Shown here: piece after piece, positions 62,808-64,000 of the stretch
How positions within the stretch are numbered: the first letter of the stretch is position 1
How the letters are laid out: every line of letters starts with the position of its first letter
Source: Candidatus Kaiserbacteria bacterium
Lineage (GTDB): Bacteria > Patescibacteriota > Minisyncoccia > Phycocordibacterales > UBA2100
NCBI GenBank assembly: GCA_016217925.1
Contig: JACRFK010000003.1
Coordinates: 207,656-271,655 of the forward strand
Reading direction: 5' to 3'
Length of the DNA: 64,000 nt
The notes under the pieces: model-generated
The model's input: only the letters and a program-made list of their open reading frames with translations
The model's database searches: none
Told to the model about the DNA's origin: nothing
Program-made: the position numbers and the translations under genes

Positions 62808-63257
62808 ATGCTGGAGAGAACGGTCTATATCATACGGCCGTTTGGTATGCCATTTCGGAATACCATTCGGCAGAGGATCTGGTGGGCAGGTCTTTTTATA
62901 GCTGCATCGCGGGAATTAAAAATACCGTGGTGGGCCTTCGAGGAAATTTACCCGCGCTACACCGACTCCAAGATTCCGGATGCGGTGTGGATGCGCCGGA
63001 TGGTGCTCACGACGGGCAACTTCTCGGAAGTGGGGATACTCGAAGGGGAAGAGGCCGTCGCGCGACTCGTGCGGCTCGTCGGAACCGAAGCGGACCCGGC
63101 CGAGTGCGAGCTCGGGACGATCCGGCGCGACTACGGTGCGAGCGCTGTCGAACGTATCGGCGGATTCACGTTCCACCTCCGGGTGATGCACCGGCCCGTA
63201 GACAAAGAGGAGGCCTTGCGCAACCTCCCCATCATTGAGAAATTGCTCCGCACCTGA
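62808..63257 (+). CDS. Nucleoside diphosphate kinase-like protein (divergent)
   Basis: ERTVYIIRP, LVG..DP....GTIR.DYG, VMH; AAGGAG SD. Confidence 0.75.
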   Translation: MLERTVYIIRPFGMPFRNTIRQRIWWAGLFIAASRELKIPWWAFEEIYPRYTDSKIPDAVWMRRMVLTTGNFSEVGILEGEEAVARLVRLVGTEADPAECELGTIRRDYGASAVERIGGFTFHLRVMHRPVDKEEALRNLPIIEKLLRT

Positions 63258-63303
63258 GTCTCACAAGTCTCGGGTGCAAGTTTTTGTATATACTTCAAAT
63301 ATT

Positions 63304-64000
63304 ATGAGAATTCTCGGTATTGAAACCTCGTGCGATGAGACCGCGGTTTGTCTGATAGAGGCCGAAGGGGAGTTTGGCCCCGGGTTCAAGTACGAAATCC
63401 TGGGCAACGCGCTCCGTTCGCAAGCGAAACTGCACGCGGAGTATGGCGGAGTCTTCCCCAATCTCGCCAAGCGCGAGCACGGGAAGGGCCTTGTTCCCAT
63501 GCTGGAACTTGCTCTCCATGGCCTGACCACCGCCTCGACTTCAACAGCTGCTCAAGGAGTGAAAGCGCTACCAAAAATCCTCGAGAGAGAGCCGGAATTG
63601 CTGGAGCAGTTGGTCCCCTTTTTGGAACGGAGCGGAAAACCCGACATCGACGCTATCGCGGTCACGTATGGCCCCGGCCTTGAGCCGGCGTTGTGGGTCG
63701 GCGTCAATTTTGCAAGAGCACTTTCGCTTGCGTGGCATGTGCCCATCGTCGCGGTCAATCATCTTGAAGGGCACATCGTTATGTCGATGACGGATATGCA
63801 ACCAAGACAACATTCCAACGTTTTGCAAAACGTTAGAATGTCCGGCGGCCTCGCTGATTTTGAATTCCCCATCCTCGCGCTCCTCATCTCCGGCGGCAAT
63901 ACGCAGCTCGTGCTTTCAAAAGAGCCGCTGCGATACGAGGTGGTGGGGAGGACCCGCGACGATGCGGCAGGCGAAGCGTTCGACAAAGTCGCGCGAATGA
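63304..64000 (+). CDS. tsaD: tRNA N6-adenosine threonylcarbamoyltransferase TsaD (runs off window)
   Basis: Manual translation MRILGIETSCDETAV...YGGVFP.LAKREH...VTYGPGL...VNHLEGH...LLISGG...TRDDAAGEAFDKVAR. Confidence 0.96.
   Translation, partial: MRILGIETSCDETAVCLIEAEGEFGPGFKYEILGNALRSQAKLHAEYGGVFPNLAKREHGKGLVPMLELALHGLTTASTSTAAQGVKALPKILEREPELLEQLVPFLERSGKPDIDAIAVTYGPGLEPALWVGVNFARALSLAWHVPIVAVNHLEGHIVMSMTDMQPRQHSNVLQNVRMSGGLADFEFPILALLISGGNTQLVLSKEPLRYEVVGRTRDDAAGEAFDKVARM
63810..63841. repeat. 32-bp palindrome in frame in tsaD
   Basis: ACATTCCAACGTTTTGCAAAACGTTAGAATGT; peptide HSNVLQNVRM. Confidence 0.75.

Overview
This 64-kb window is a gene-dense, mostly housekeeping chromosomal region read in genetic code 11. 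Gene content (VirB2/TrbC-type pilins, degenerate HisRS paralog, short IF-2, many apparently leaderless genes) suggests a Patescibacteria/CPR (Parcubacteria-like) genome; this taxonomy is an inference. Core genes include dnaX, dus, ftsQ/A/Z, serS, dprA, topA, rel, parB, murE, miaA, rpmG, clpB, a cysteine desulfurase, infB, rbfA, gyrA, rpsA, pth, lepB, rpsU, ybeY, trxB, a truncated purH, pyrE/F, alkA, tsaC/D and ten tRNAs, with scattered orphan ORFs. The most striking structure is non-coding. (1) Six 63-116 bp inverted-repeat elements (YCCCG...CGGGR) sit at gene 5' ends. Five have exact 4-bp TGAR target duplications and appear inserted into the ATGAR start, regenerating a start codon. All six carry a short upstream ORF whose TGA overlaps the gene's ATG (ATGA coupling). 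(2) Three genes (topA, rpmG, alkA) have a duplicated, mostly synonymously recoded end separated by a structured spacer or an orphan gene. (3) Several families of 20-47 bp palindromes lie in frame in conserved proteins, and one copy lies next to a tRNA-linked GIY-YIG nuclease gene. (4) There are three candidate structured ncRNAs. No CRISPR array, transposase, integrase or reverse transcriptase was seen.
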